In this document: one piece after another, positions 17,357 to 26,071 of the stretch
Position numbering within the stretch: the stretch's first letter is position 1
Layout: each line of letters begins with the position of its first letter
From: a virus
Strand: one strand, 5' to 3'
DNA length: 41,726 bases
IMG/VR virus record: IMGVR_UViG_3300027911_000028
Made by a program: the position numbers and the translations under genes
The notes under the pieces: model-generated
Told to the model about the DNA's origin: nothing
What the model saw: the letters and a program-made list of their open reading frames with translations, nothing else
The model's database searches: none

Positions 17357-17834
17357 TTTTGCTCCTGACAACCCACGTGATCGAGTTGCGGAACTGTCCA
17401 GTCACGAGCAGAGCCTTGTCGCCCTCGAATCCACGTCGGAGGCGTCCGAGCATCGTCGAGAATGCGATGTGCTCGATGCCGAGCTGGGTATCGATGACCC
17501 TCTTCACTGAGCTCGAGGCCGCGAGTCCGGCGAGGTCCATCGTCTTCTCGATGGGGATCGCCTTGTCTCCGAGCACGGACTTGAGTCCACCCTCCATGAT
17601 GTCGATGATCTTGTCGCGTGCGACGTCGAGCCCGATCGTCAGCACTGGTCTCGGTGGGATGTTGTTGATGGGAGAGCCGTACTCCGCGATGTACATGATC
17701 GCGGCGTTGCCGAACTCGTCCTGCCTCTGGTCGTCTTTCTGTGGGACTCCCACGAGGACGTCGCATGACTTCAGCTTGCGTAGCGAGTCCATGAGCTTCG
17801 TCGATGTGCCCGACTCCTTGACGGTGACCTTCAT
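17343..17834 (-). CDS. HK97 gp10-like head-tail joining protein, 163 aa
   Basis: NAAIMYIAEYGSP...LLVTGQFRNSITWVV resembles the gp10-family TG-x-L-R-x-SI motif. Confidence 0.6.
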   Translation of the reverse strand: MKVTVKESGTSTKLMDSLRKLKSCDVLVGVPQKDDQRQDEFGNAAIMYIAEYGSPINNIPPRPVLTIGLDVARDKIIDIMEGGLKSVLGDKAIPIEKTMDLAGLAASSSVKRVIDTQLGIEHIAFSTMLGRLRRGFEGDKALLVTGQFRNSITWVVRSKNGTA

Positions 17835-18214
17835 AATTGGACGCTCCCCGCACCGAATAGCAGCATGAGTCTATATAGCTGCTTCCCGTACACGGTGAGG
17901 TTCCAAAAACTCGCGTCCTTGTTCGAGGTACCGACAGAGTCATAGGTGACGTTGACGGCGCCGACCGCCTTCGACTGCGCGACACCGCCAAACGTTCCCG
18001 GGGGCCCGCCATTCGATGCGAGTCTTAGGTTTTGCTGGGCTATCACGAGTTCGTGCGCGACGTAGAGGTTGGTGGCCAGAGTATAGTTATCCTGCCACAT
18101 ATCTTGAGGGAGTAGGCTCTCAGCCACCGTCGCCCATAGGTCAAGCTGACCGTCCGGGTATGTGGCTGTGTTGGCGAACTCAGGAAAGTTTATTCTGAAT
18201 GCCGCCTTGTCCAT
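17831..18214 (-). CDS. Head-tail connector protein, DUF4054-type, 127 aa
   Basis: ATG 18214 sits after AAGGAG. FRINFPEFANT...LYVAHELV is the typical DUF4054 opening. Confidence 0.6.
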   Translation of the reverse strand: MDKAAFRINFPEFANTATYPDGQLDLWATVAESLLPQDMWQDNYTLATNLYVAHELVIAQQNLRLASNGGPPGTFGGVAQSKAVGAVNVTYDSVGTSNKDASFWNLTVYGKQLYRLMLLFGAGSVQL

Positions 18215-18215
18215 C

Positions 18216-18446
18216 TCACTCCTTGGGCTTCGATTCCTTTTTTTGCTTCTTCGGCTTCTCCTCAATCACCTCAGGCTCATCCGCTTTAATCTCTGGCACC
18301 ATCGGCGGTTCAGAGATCTCGGCGTGACCATCCTTGAGGACTGACTGAAAGAACCAATGCTTTTCCAGGGAGTCATCCACTTGGGAGACACCTGGCTGGT
18401 AACTGACCCCATCGATTCTGATGGGGCGCTTGAATTTGACCTTCAT
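18216..18446 (-). CDS. Small protein with a Lys/Glu-rich tail, 76 aa
   Basis: ORF directly after the capsid gene. The C-terminus is EEKPKKQKKESKPKE. Confidence 0.55.
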   Translation of the reverse strand: MKVKFKRPIRIDGVSYQPGVSQVDDSLEKHWFFQSVLKDGHAEISEPPMVPEIKADEPEVIEEKPKKQKKESKPKE

Positions 18447-18461
18447 GGCTGCAACTCCGTC

Positions 18462-19451
18462 TTAGATGCCGTCTGCGTATTGGATTGTCGTAGGGTATGG
18501 GATCTCAAGTTCGCCGAACGCCCACAGGTACGGAGCGATGAAGCGCAATCCCTGGTAGTACGCCGTCTCACGTCGTACGGGAACCATCGGGAAGCGGACG
18601 TACATCTCTTCGTTCGTGTAGACCATCATTCGGTCAGTGCTTCCTGCTCCTCGACCAGTCAGCCACTTGATCGGCTGGATGTCGAGCTCCTTGCCATTGA
18701 TCTCGAGGGCGATCGAGTTCTCCTTGAGGAACTTCAGGATGGAAACGTTCCCAGCCGAAGACACCTTGAGTGAGCTGATCAGAGAGAACTGGTATGGAGG
18801 GAGTCGCAATCCGGATGGGCACACCGCGAACGCAGACGCTGACCATGAGCTCTCGAGGAGCGTGTTCACGTCCGTCAAGATCTCGTCCGGGGTTTTGTTC
18901 ACCCACAGGGTCGAACCAGAAGCACCGGCAGCTACGTTTCCGTAGGTAACGCCGGCGTCGTTCAGGAGGCCAGTCGCGCTCACCTCAGAGGAACCGATGT
19001 AGACCATCTGGTCAGTGTTCATCTGATAGAGTTGATTGAATGCGTCCATCTTTTGGACATCGATTGGTTGACCAGTCAGCTGCGATCGATCGAGCTCAAC
19101 CGATGTATAGCTCACTTCTCGAGCCAACAATCGGAGGGGCTTCACCAAGCGCTCACCGTTCACGCTCACGCCGGGGATGGCGGTTCCCTCTGCGGACATC
19201 CATGGCATATTGCCACCGACTCCAGGAGAAGATGCACCACCGGAAGCCGACAACGAGCCGGCGCCAGCGAATGCTGATCGGATGAATGAGGTCGACTCGT
19301 TCGACATCGTGATGCCGGAACGAAGCTTGATGTCGCGACCCCACGACACCGAGACGAGCGGCTCATAGAGGCGCCGATCCATGTTGTCGAGCTGATTCAC
19401 GAAATAGCTTAGAGCGGAGTCTCTTGTCTGAAAGCCGTTTGTTCGTCTCAT
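18462..19451 (-). CDS. Major capsid protein, DUF2184-type (HK97 fold), 329 aa
   Basis: LSYFVNQLDNMDRRLYEPLVSVSWGRDI is the typical DUF2184 N-terminus. Synteny after the DUF2213-type scaffold and a decoration-like gene. Confidence 0.85.
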   Translation of the reverse strand: MRRTNGFQTRDSALSYFVNQLDNMDRRLYEPLVSVSWGRDIKLRSGITMSNESTSFIRSAFAGAGSLSASGGASSPGVGGNMPWMSAEGTAIPGVSVNGERLVKPLRLLAREVSYTSVELDRSQLTGQPIDVQKMDAFNQLYQMNTDQMVYIGSSEVSATGLLNDAGVTYGNVAAGASGSTLWVNKTPDEILTDVNTLLESSWSASAFAVCPSGLRLPPYQFSLISSLKVSSAGNVSILKFLKENSIALEINGKELDIQPIKWLTGRGAGSTDRMMVYTNEEMYVRFPMVPVRRETAYYQGLRFIAPYLWAFGELEIPYPTTIQYADGI

Positions 19452-19483
19452 GTGTTTTTTATCCTTTGTTTTTATTGTTGAAG

Positions 19484-19990
19484 TTATCGAGCCACTCGGA
19501 TCTCAGCGTTGTTGTCCGCATCCTTGCCGTCGGTCGCCCATGATGCCTGAGTCAGGCTCAATGCCACGTTGTTCCCTGGGTCGGATGTCGCCTCGAGGTC
19601 ACCTACTGCCTTGCCGCCAGAAGCGACTGTTCGGATGTAGACGACGCCGCCACGAGTGGGTGTGCCAGTCGGGCAGAGCACGGAAACGTATCCGCGGACG
19701 ACGAAGTTCTGTGGTTGCTGAGGATTCGGAACCGTGTTGGTCAATCCCTGATTCGTGTTCCCGCTGATCTCAGGTGCCGATCGAGCCAAGATACCGGCGA
19801 AGTCAGCCGCAGCATTGGATGCCCCGAACTGACTGATCCCGCCCGAAGCGTAGACCATCGGGATGCCGTACGCCTGGGCGTACACTGAGGAGACAGCAAC
19901 GAGCATCGCCGGCTCCGCATTTGTTTCATCGACCCGAGTGATGTCACCGGGAACTCCTGTGGGTGCATTGTAGAGGTATGCGTTGCTCAT
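19484..19990 (-). CDS. Capsid decoration/cement-like protein, 168 aa
   Basis: Position between the scaffold and capsid genes, with Gly/Ala/Val-rich beta-type sequence. Family not firmly recognised. Confidence 0.5.
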   Translation of the reverse strand: MSNAYLYNAPTGVPGDITRVDETNAEPAMLVAVSSVYAQAYGIPMVYASGGISQFGASNAAADFAGILARSAPEISGNTNQGLTNTVPNPQQPQNFVVRGYVSVLCPTGTPTRGGVVYIRTVASGGKAVGDLEATSDPGNNVALSLTQASWATDGKDADNNAEIRVAR

Positions 19991-20023
19991 CTGTGAGTCT
20001 CCTTTAAAAATTGGTTGTTGATT

Positions 20024-21280
20024 CTATTTCGCCGCGTACAGCTTGGCGTTGAGCTCGTTCATCTTCTCTGGGGTCATACCGCCTGCGAAGATGTCGCGAT
20101 CCACTACCTTGTGTTTCTTCGTGCTCGAGAGCTGTTCGCTTCGCCCCTGTCGCAGCATCTCGGATGCCGAGATGAAGAGCATGTCGACGTTGCCGTCGAA
20201 CTTGGGCTTGGCGCCAGCGAGTTGTTCGATGACCTTTTTGCCGTCAGCGGTCTTGTACGCCGTCTTCAGGGCCTCAGCCTTGAAGTCCTTCGTGATGCGC
20301 ATTCCGGGGGCGAGGATCTCGACTCGGGCTTTTTCGTCTCCGGTCGCCTTCTTTTCTTCCTTCTCGTCCTCGTCTTCCATCTCTTCTTCTTCGTCCATTC
20401 CGACTGATTCCTCAGCGGATTCACGCTCGAGGAGTTTTGAAACTTTCTCTTCCAGTGCCTTCAGGCGACCCTCGAGGCCAGACTCGACTTCGGCGTCCTC
20501 CACCTTAGGCTCAGCCGGCTCGTCTTCCTTCGGCTTGGTCTCGGCGTCCTTCGCTCCGTGGAGCTTGTCCATCTTCTCCATGATCGCGTCGAAGTATTTC
20601 TTCACTTCATCCATGCTGACCATGTCCTTAGCCTCTTCCTTAGGCTTCTCTTCCTTTGAGTCCACGACGGGCTTCTTTGAGGAAGTCACTGCTTCATCGA
20701 TGCTTTGTCCCAACAGTCTCTTCAGGTTGTCAGCCAATGCCTTGTTCATGAACTCTCCTATATGATCGTTGATTGCGTACGTTGGACCAGCCCTGCCCTC
20801 ATCGACGAGTGCGAGATGGTTTCCGATGATGTTCCTCTGCTCACCCTCGCCGTCACCGGTCTCGACGTAGTCAGCCTCATATCCACACGATAAGCCTCGC
20901 ATCCCGTCGCGCACAAGCGAAATTGCATCCTGGTCCATGATCAGGATGTCGGCGACGAGGTCGTCTTTCTGCTCTCCCTCTCCGCGCCTGACATTCTGAA
21001 AATGCCCGTGCGAGAGGTCTCTCCAATTCTCGGTTGATACTAACCCATCTGGGTGCTTCACCGTGAATGGCTTGCCTTCGAATGATGCGATCGTCTTCGG
21101 TGAGAACACTTCCTTCTCGGACCTGAAGATGCGGACCTTCCCGTTCTTCGCCTGGATGGGGGTCTCGCCTTCGGCGTAGTCCTGCCATCCGGTGCGGGCG
21201 ATAGATACATTCCGGCAGAGCAGATACCCTTCGGGCGTCTCGCTGATGTTCTCCGAAATCTTGGTCGCGTAGTACTTCAA
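20024..21280 (-). CDS. Prohead scaffold/protease-like protein, DUF2213-type, 418 aa
   Basis: TTG 21280 sits 8 nt after AAGGAG. YATKISENISETPEGYLLCRNVSIARTG is a DUF2213 N-terminus. The C-terminal half is acidic/Lys-rich coiled coil (EEEEMEDEDEKEEKK). Confidence 0.75.
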   Translation of the reverse strand: MKYYATKISENISETPEGYLLCRNVSIARTGWQDYAEGETPIQAKNGKVRIFRSEKEVFSPKTIASFEGKPFTVKHPDGLVSTENWRDLSHGHFQNVRRGEGEQKDDLVADILIMDQDAISLVRDGMRGLSCGYEADYVETGDGEGEQRNIIGNHLALVDEGRAGPTYAINDHIGEFMNKALADNLKRLLGQSIDEAVTSSKKPVVDSKEEKPKEEAKDMVSMDEVKKYFDAIMEKMDKLHGAKDAETKPKEDEPAEPKVEDAEVESGLEGRLKALEEKVSKLLERESAEESVGMDEEEEMEDEDEKEEKKATGDEKARVEILAPGMRITKDFKAEALKTAYKTADGKKVIEQLAGAKPKFDGNVDMLFISASEMLRQGRSEQLSSTKKHKVVDRDIFAGGMTPEKMNELNAKLYAAK

Positions 21281-21438
21281 GTCTTGTTCTCCTTGTGTCT
21301 CTTCAGCCAGAGGATGATCTCCATCTCCTGGCCGCACACGATGTGATACTCTTGAGTCGCACGACGGATTCTTTCCTCGGTGATCTTCTTCATCTCAGCG
21401 AGTTCTTTGAGCCTGTGCTCAAGCTGTTCTGGAGTCAT
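21277..21438 (-). CDS. Small ORF of 53 aa, below the track threshold; hypothetical
   Basis: My own translation is MTPEQLEHRLKELAEMKKITEERIRRATQEYHIVCGQEMEIILWLKRHKENKT. The ATG is 3 nt after the upstream stop, and its TGA overlaps the scaffold TTG start (TTGA). Confidence 0.45.
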   Translation of the reverse strand: MTPEQLEHRLKELAEMKKITEERIRRATQEYHIVCGQEMEIILWLKRHKENKT

Positions 21439-21441
21439 GAA

Positions 21442-21951
21442 TTAATGCTTCACAAGGACTCGGATGACCGAGCCGGCGCCTGGGTTGGCAGTGTACGTGA
21501 CCGTCAGACCATTCGTGATCAATGTCGAGTAACCGATGATCGCCACGTTGTTCGATCCTGCGACCCGTTGAGTGACTGCGAGGATGGTGTCAGTGGTCGC
21601 GAGGCCGGTACATGTGAGCGCCTCTGATGCCGCTCCACCCGAGCCAGCTGCGCATTCGACGACGACTGCCTTGTTGTTGAGCTGATTCTGGAGCTTCGCG
21701 AATGCCTCGAGGATGGTGTCGGTCGATGCGATTGCCGCGTTCGTGCCGGCACCGAGTCCGGTCAAGAGCTTCGCGGTCACGTTCGCAGTGGGGATCGCTG
21801 CCCCGATCGTTGCACCACCATTGGCGGACACGCTGACGATCTGGTTCTGAGATTTTTCACCGTATTGGTTCGTGAGGCTCATGTCGTTGATCGTGGCCGC
21901 CGCCGCGGTCACGCCTGCGAGCAAGAACAATGTCGTGATGATTGAACGCAT
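21442..21951 (-). CDS. Secreted protein of unknown function, 169 aa, inside the head module
   Basis: MRSIITTLFLLAGVTAAAA is a Sec-type signal peptide. The mature part is Ala/Gly/Thr-rich with two Cys (VECAAG, LTCTG). Confidence 0.65.
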   Translation of the reverse strand: MRSIITTLFLLAGVTAAAATINDMSLTNQYGEKSQNQIVSVSANGGATIGAAIPTANVTAKLLTGLGAGTNAAIASTDTILEAFAKLQNQLNNKAVVVECAAGSGGAASEALTCTGLATTDTILAVTQRVAGSNNVAIIGYSTLITNGLTVTYTANPGAGSVIRVLVKH

Positions 21952-22007
21952 GGATCCTCCTGGTTTTTGACTTCCAGGCTTGATCTTCTATGTGACCCAA
22001 TTCGTCG

Positions 22008-22790
22008 TCAATCAGAATCGATTCCTGGGATAATGGGGTCCTGCCAGCATCTACAATTGGGGAAGTTGCCTGCGTGTCCGGTCATGCCATCGCTGAGCGT
22101 GGGTGGATGAGCATACTCGACGACTTCGCCATTCATTTCAGCATGTGACTCCCGCTCCGCACCATCCATCGTCGTCCTCCACACGTACGAGGTCACACCA
22201 AGCGACGTCGCACGCGCCTGAAGGATTGATGCGTTCGCCTTCGCCGTCTCGGTCCTCGCTATCAGTCGAGCCCTGTTGACAGCGACCTCCTCGGTCATCC
22301 CCATCTCATTGACGAGTTGATCTATCACCGATTGATCCGGCACGGCGCGCCTGCCCTCGAAGAAATTCTCCTCCGCTATCTTCTGAGCACGAAGTCCGGC
22401 CTCCAATGGGATCGACTTGATCAGCGCCACTTGTTCGTTCAGCAGCAACCTCGCGGTCTGACCAGTCTCTCTCGCGGCGACACCCTCCTTGAGCTCCCTT
22501 GACATCTTCTGGGACTGGATCGCCCACGCCCTTTTGTTGGACTTCTGGACGGCCTCGAGCATCTTCTCTGCCTGCCTGACCGCCCACGGTGTGATCGCCT
22601 CGCTGTATTCGGAGAGGACCTTCATCATCCGCTCCGGATCCTTGAGGCTCGCGCCTTCGGCATGGGCGTCTACGATATGGCTCGCGTTCTTTGCGAGTTG
22701 CTTGAGCGCCCTGAAGAACTCCTTCTCAGCCGAGTTGCTGGTCTTGAACTTGTTCTTCCTCGCGATGGCGTCGAGCGTGAGCTTCCTCAT
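22008..22790 (-). CDS. Head morphogenesis protein, Mu F / SPP1 gp7-like, 260 aa
   Basis: NRARLIARTETAKA...YVWRTTMDGAERESHAEMNG...GNFPNCRCW matches the Phage_Mu_F signature, including NCRC. Confidence 0.85.
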   Translation of the reverse strand: MRKLTLDAIARKNKFKTSNSAEKEFFRALKQLAKNASHIVDAHAEGASLKDPERMMKVLSEYSEAITPWAVRQAEKMLEAVQKSNKRAWAIQSQKMSRELKEGVAARETGQTARLLLNEQVALIKSIPLEAGLRAQKIAEENFFEGRRAVPDQSVIDQLVNEMGMTEEVAVNRARLIARTETAKANASILQARATSLGVTSYVWRTTMDGAERESHAEMNGEVVEYAHPPTLSDGMTGHAGNFPNCRCWQDPIIPGIDSD

Positions 22791-23029
22791 CAGGGCTCCA
22801 TCATGATCTTCGGCTTGGCGGCCTGCACGGCGCCCGAGCTCTGCAAGAACCTCAGCCCAGCCCTGAACACTTGGCTCGCGACGAACTCGACTGGATCGAG
22901 CTGATCGTCGGGTATACGACCGATCCGATCACAATCCCCGGTCAAATAAAACTGGAAGTTCTTCCCGTCGTCCTTCTCCTGTACCGTGACGTGAATAGTT
23001 CGCATCTTCTTTTTAATTTCTTCTGACAT
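22790..23029 (-). CDS. Hypothetical protein, 79 aa
   Basis: TGATG overlap with the MuF start. No motif recognised. Confidence 0.55.
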   Translation of the reverse strand: MSEEIKKKMRTIHVTVQEKDDGKNFQFYLTGDCDRIGRIPDDQLDPVEFVASQVFRAGLRFLQSSGAVQAAKPKIMMEP

Positions 23030-23040
23030 CTTGCCCTCCT

Positions 23041-24597
23041 TTATTGAGCTGGATCATTGGAAAATACATTCAGAATGCCGGTTCCGTGACAATAGACGAC
23101 GGTCGATCCCTGATCAACGTCGGTCACGATGTCCTTCTGCTGACCGACTCCAACCTGGGTCGAATCGGAGCTCAGCAACGATACGAGGAATTGACCCACG
23201 GTCGTAGGATTAGTTTGGTCGAGGATCGTGTGCTGACTGTTCGGGATATCGAGGATCGTCTGATCGGCCTTCTTCAGCTTCGTCGTCAGCGTGGCTCCCC
23301 AGATGTTCAATGGCTGACCATTCCCATCCGTCGCGACGAAATGCAGGACGACCTGATCACCCTGGCTGAAGTTGACTGGTTGACCAGTCGGGGTCCCGAG
23401 AGTCGCGAGCTTCAGAGTGTTCGTCACTGGGATGAACGTGCCCACTTTTGCGACGTTGTTGATCTCGTAGTCCACGCCTTGGATCACGTTGGAGACCCCA
23501 GGATCAACGCTCGTGAGAGTCCCTGTCCGGTTCGGGGTCAAAGAATCATATTGATAGGTGGTGCCGAGAAGCACGTTCGCGACGCCTGGGTCGGAGTACA
23601 ATTCGGACGCGATGTAGGTCCCCGTCTTGCTGACTGAGTTGATCTCGTATGTGACGCCGCTCTTGACGTTGGAGACACCTGGGTCCGTGGACGTGAGAGT
23701 GCCCGTGATGTTCGGGGTCAGGCTGTTCGCCTGGTACGTGACGCCCGCGAGGACGTTCGCCGCCCCTGGATCGCTCCACAGATCGGATCCATTGTAGGTC
23801 CCAGTCCCGGTCACACCTGCGTTCGTGAAGGAAACTCCGTGCTTGATCTGACTCGCCGATGGCACCGAGTATGACTGACCATTCAACGCCGCCACCTGGA
23901 CGAACGATGTCCTCGATGGCCCATTCAATGACCCTGCTCCAGATTCGAGCTGCACATTCGTCGGGTCGATCACGTAGTCCCAGATCACGAACTCGTTTGT
24001 GTACATCGAGCACAATTCGAAGGATCCGTATCCGAGCGCCGGCACGATCAAATAGTTGTTCGGCGGCGCCGTGAATGGGTTCGAGAGCGTGGCCTGGAAC
24101 ACCATCGTCCCATTCTTCCAGAACTTGAACCCGTTCGTAGTCGTGTCGCCAGTGCAGGTCACGACGTAGTCTCCCCACGATCCGGTGTCGAACTCGACTC
24201 CGCCAATCTGCTGGAAACTCAGGATGTCGGCACCGACCTGATTCTCCGCGACCCCATAGATATTGCCGTTCGTAGACCGCAGGATCGCGAATCGATCCCT
24301 CAAGTTATCCAGTATGTTTTTGAATCCGAACATCGCCATGTCATAGTTGCCCACGCGCTTAGCACGCAGGAGGATCGAGAACGCAGTCCCTCCAGGAAGA
24401 TTCACCCCGCCCTGGTACAAGAGTCCATTATGCGCATTGGCCCCGGACGACTGATCGATGACCGATCCACCGATGGCGGTGCCGTCGGAGATCGATGGGA
24501 TGTTCCCGCTGTCGATGAATTGCCCATAATTGGCGCCACCGGTTGAGTATCTCGGAGCGACCGCATCGCCTCGTACGGCGAATGTGATTGATGACAT
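23041..24597 (-). CDS. LamG/ConA-like lectin-fold protein with tandem DPGxxNV repeats and a C-terminal Ig-like region, 518 aa
   Basis: The N-terminal ~215 aa carry a jelly-roll pattern (FSILLRAK...FKFWKNGT...NEFVIWDY). Residues ~275-390 form two ~56-aa tandem units. The gene is packed between the portal and MuF genes. Confidence 0.6.
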   Translation of the reverse strand: MSSITFAVRGDAVAPRYSTGGANYGQFIDSGNIPSISDGTAIGGSVIDQSSGANAHNGLLYQGGVNLPGGTAFSILLRAKRVGNYDMAMFGFKNILDNLRDRFAILRSTNGNIYGVAENQVGADILSFQQIGGVEFDTGSWGDYVVTCTGDTTTNGFKFWKNGTMVFQATLSNPFTAPPNNYLIVPALGYGSFELCSMYTNEFVIWDYVIDPTNVQLESGAGSLNGPSRTSFVQVAALNGQSYSVPSASQIKHGVSFTNAGVTGTGTYNGSDLWSDPGAANVLAGVTYQANSLTPNITGTLTSTDPGVSNVKSGVTYEINSVSKTGTYIASELYSDPGVANVLLGTTYQYDSLTPNRTGTLTSVDPGVSNVIQGVDYEINNVAKVGTFIPVTNTLKLATLGTPTGQPVNFSQGDQVVLHFVATDGNGQPLNIWGATLTTKLKKADQTILDIPNSQHTILDQTNPTTVGQFLVSLLSSDSTQVGVGQQKDIVTDVDQGSTVVYCHGTGILNVFSNDPAQ

Positions 24598-24618
24598 CTT
24601 TCCCCCTGTTCAATTCGG

Positions 24619-26070
24619 TTATGGATAGTACTCTTCCGAAGCGATATTGTCCGCCTTTGGCGATGGAGGCGGCTCCTCAGTTTGAATCGGTGGAGGCTCC
24701 TGCTCGGCCTCCTGGATCTCCTCATCCGTGATGTTCGTGAACATACCGGTCTCCGCTCCTTGGTCCTTAAGTTCCTTCACAGCCGTCCCAGTCGTGATCA
24801 GGCCGGCGTCGTGCGCACCGATGATCGTCTCGGTGTTCGATTTCACGACAGCTGCGCGATCCATCGCAGACATCTGCCACAATGGCACGAACGTGAACTT
24901 GAGATCTTTCGGTGGCTTCGTCCCGAACGTCGACATCCAAAGGACCTTAAAGATCTTGTCGAGTCCGAGCCTGAGCTTCGCGTTCTGCTGTGCTGAGATA
25001 TAGTCGTAGTACATCCTGATATCGGACTCACCGGTTGCGTTCATGCCAGCGGGAGATTGTCCAAACAATCGCACCAATGGGATGTTCGCGGCCCCGGAGA
25101 GCTGCTGCCCGAATTGAATCAGGAGATCTGATAGCCCAGTGAATGTGTAGTTGGAAGTCGAGAACTCATCTTTTGAATCAAGGATGGTGAGTCCCTCGTT
25201 AGTCTGGAACTGCCTCATCATGCTGAATTGAGCCTTGAGCCCGTCCATCGCCTTTCCGCCCATGGCGACGATCTCTCGCAGGTTCTCGATCTTCACAGTG
25301 CGATTGTTCGCCCGCTCGATCAAATTCGCGGAGCTCATCGTCGAGTCATCGAACGCTATCAATCGGTCCCACATGCGTTCGAGGATCGATTCTCCCCAGA
25401 GCATCTCGGTGATCGCCTGGAAAAATGGGAGCTCGATGCCGATGTTCCTGATCACACGTGAGTGATGGACAGTGAGGAATCCGGATGCGAATGCAGCTTC
25501 TTGGCCTGCCTGATTTCCGGGAGTCGTCGTCTGAGCGGTCGTCACGATCTGGTAGTATTCGGGCAATCCTATCTCTGGTCCATCCTTGATGATCTTGTCG
25601 ACCAATGGGTTCAGCTGCCAACGATCATAGACCGCGAGCCCGGTGAATTGATCCTTCCTGATGCGGTTGATGTTGAGTGGTGTGTCCAGCGCCTGCCCAT
25701 CGATCTGAAGGACAGCGATCGCACCGCCGTAGAGTCGCCCCCATTTGATCAGTGAGCAGAGAGATGTCCAGATCCCGGTCTGGACGACGGCCGCGTCGAA
25801 ATCGGCAATGTCCTCCTCGGCCTCATTCGTGCTGACCGTGGCCCCGGCGCGAGTCATATCCTCGGCCACGCAGTCCACGACTTGACCGACGATCCACGAA
25901 CCTCGATAGGCGGCCTCGAGCTGGACTCGGTTCCTCGTCACATAGTTGAACGCATACAGTCCGGCCGAGAGGGTGTTGTCGTTGTTCAGTCCGACCTTCG
26001 ACACGAAGTTGTCGTATCCGTCGAAGACCATCGTTCTCTCGTCGAACACCTTCCGCGCTTCCACCTTCAT
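24619..26070 (-). CDS. Portal protein, DUF1073-type, 483 aa
   Basis: Directly after terL. FDGYDNFVSKVG...LEAAYRGSWIVGQVVDCVAEDMTRAG is the typical DUF1073 portal N-terminus, with an acidic C-terminal tail. Confidence 0.85.
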   Translation of the reverse strand: MKVEARKVFDERTMVFDGYDNFVSKVGLNNDNTLSAGLYAFNYVTRNRVQLEAAYRGSWIVGQVVDCVAEDMTRAGATVSTNEAEEDIADFDAAVVQTGIWTSLCSLIKWGRLYGGAIAVLQIDGQALDTPLNINRIRKDQFTGLAVYDRWQLNPLVDKIIKDGPEIGLPEYYQIVTTAQTTTPGNQAGQEAAFASGFLTVHHSRVIRNIGIELPFFQAITEMLWGESILERMWDRLIAFDDSTMSSANLIERANNRTVKIENLREIVAMGGKAMDGLKAQFSMMRQFQTNEGLTILDSKDEFSTSNYTFTGLSDLLIQFGQQLSGAANIPLVRLFGQSPAGMNATGESDIRMYYDYISAQQNAKLRLGLDKIFKVLWMSTFGTKPPKDLKFTFVPLWQMSAMDRAAVVKSNTETIIGAHDAGLITTGTAVKELKDQGAETGMFTNITDEEIQEAEQEPPPIQTEEPPPSPKADNIASEEYYP

Positions 26071-26071
26071 C

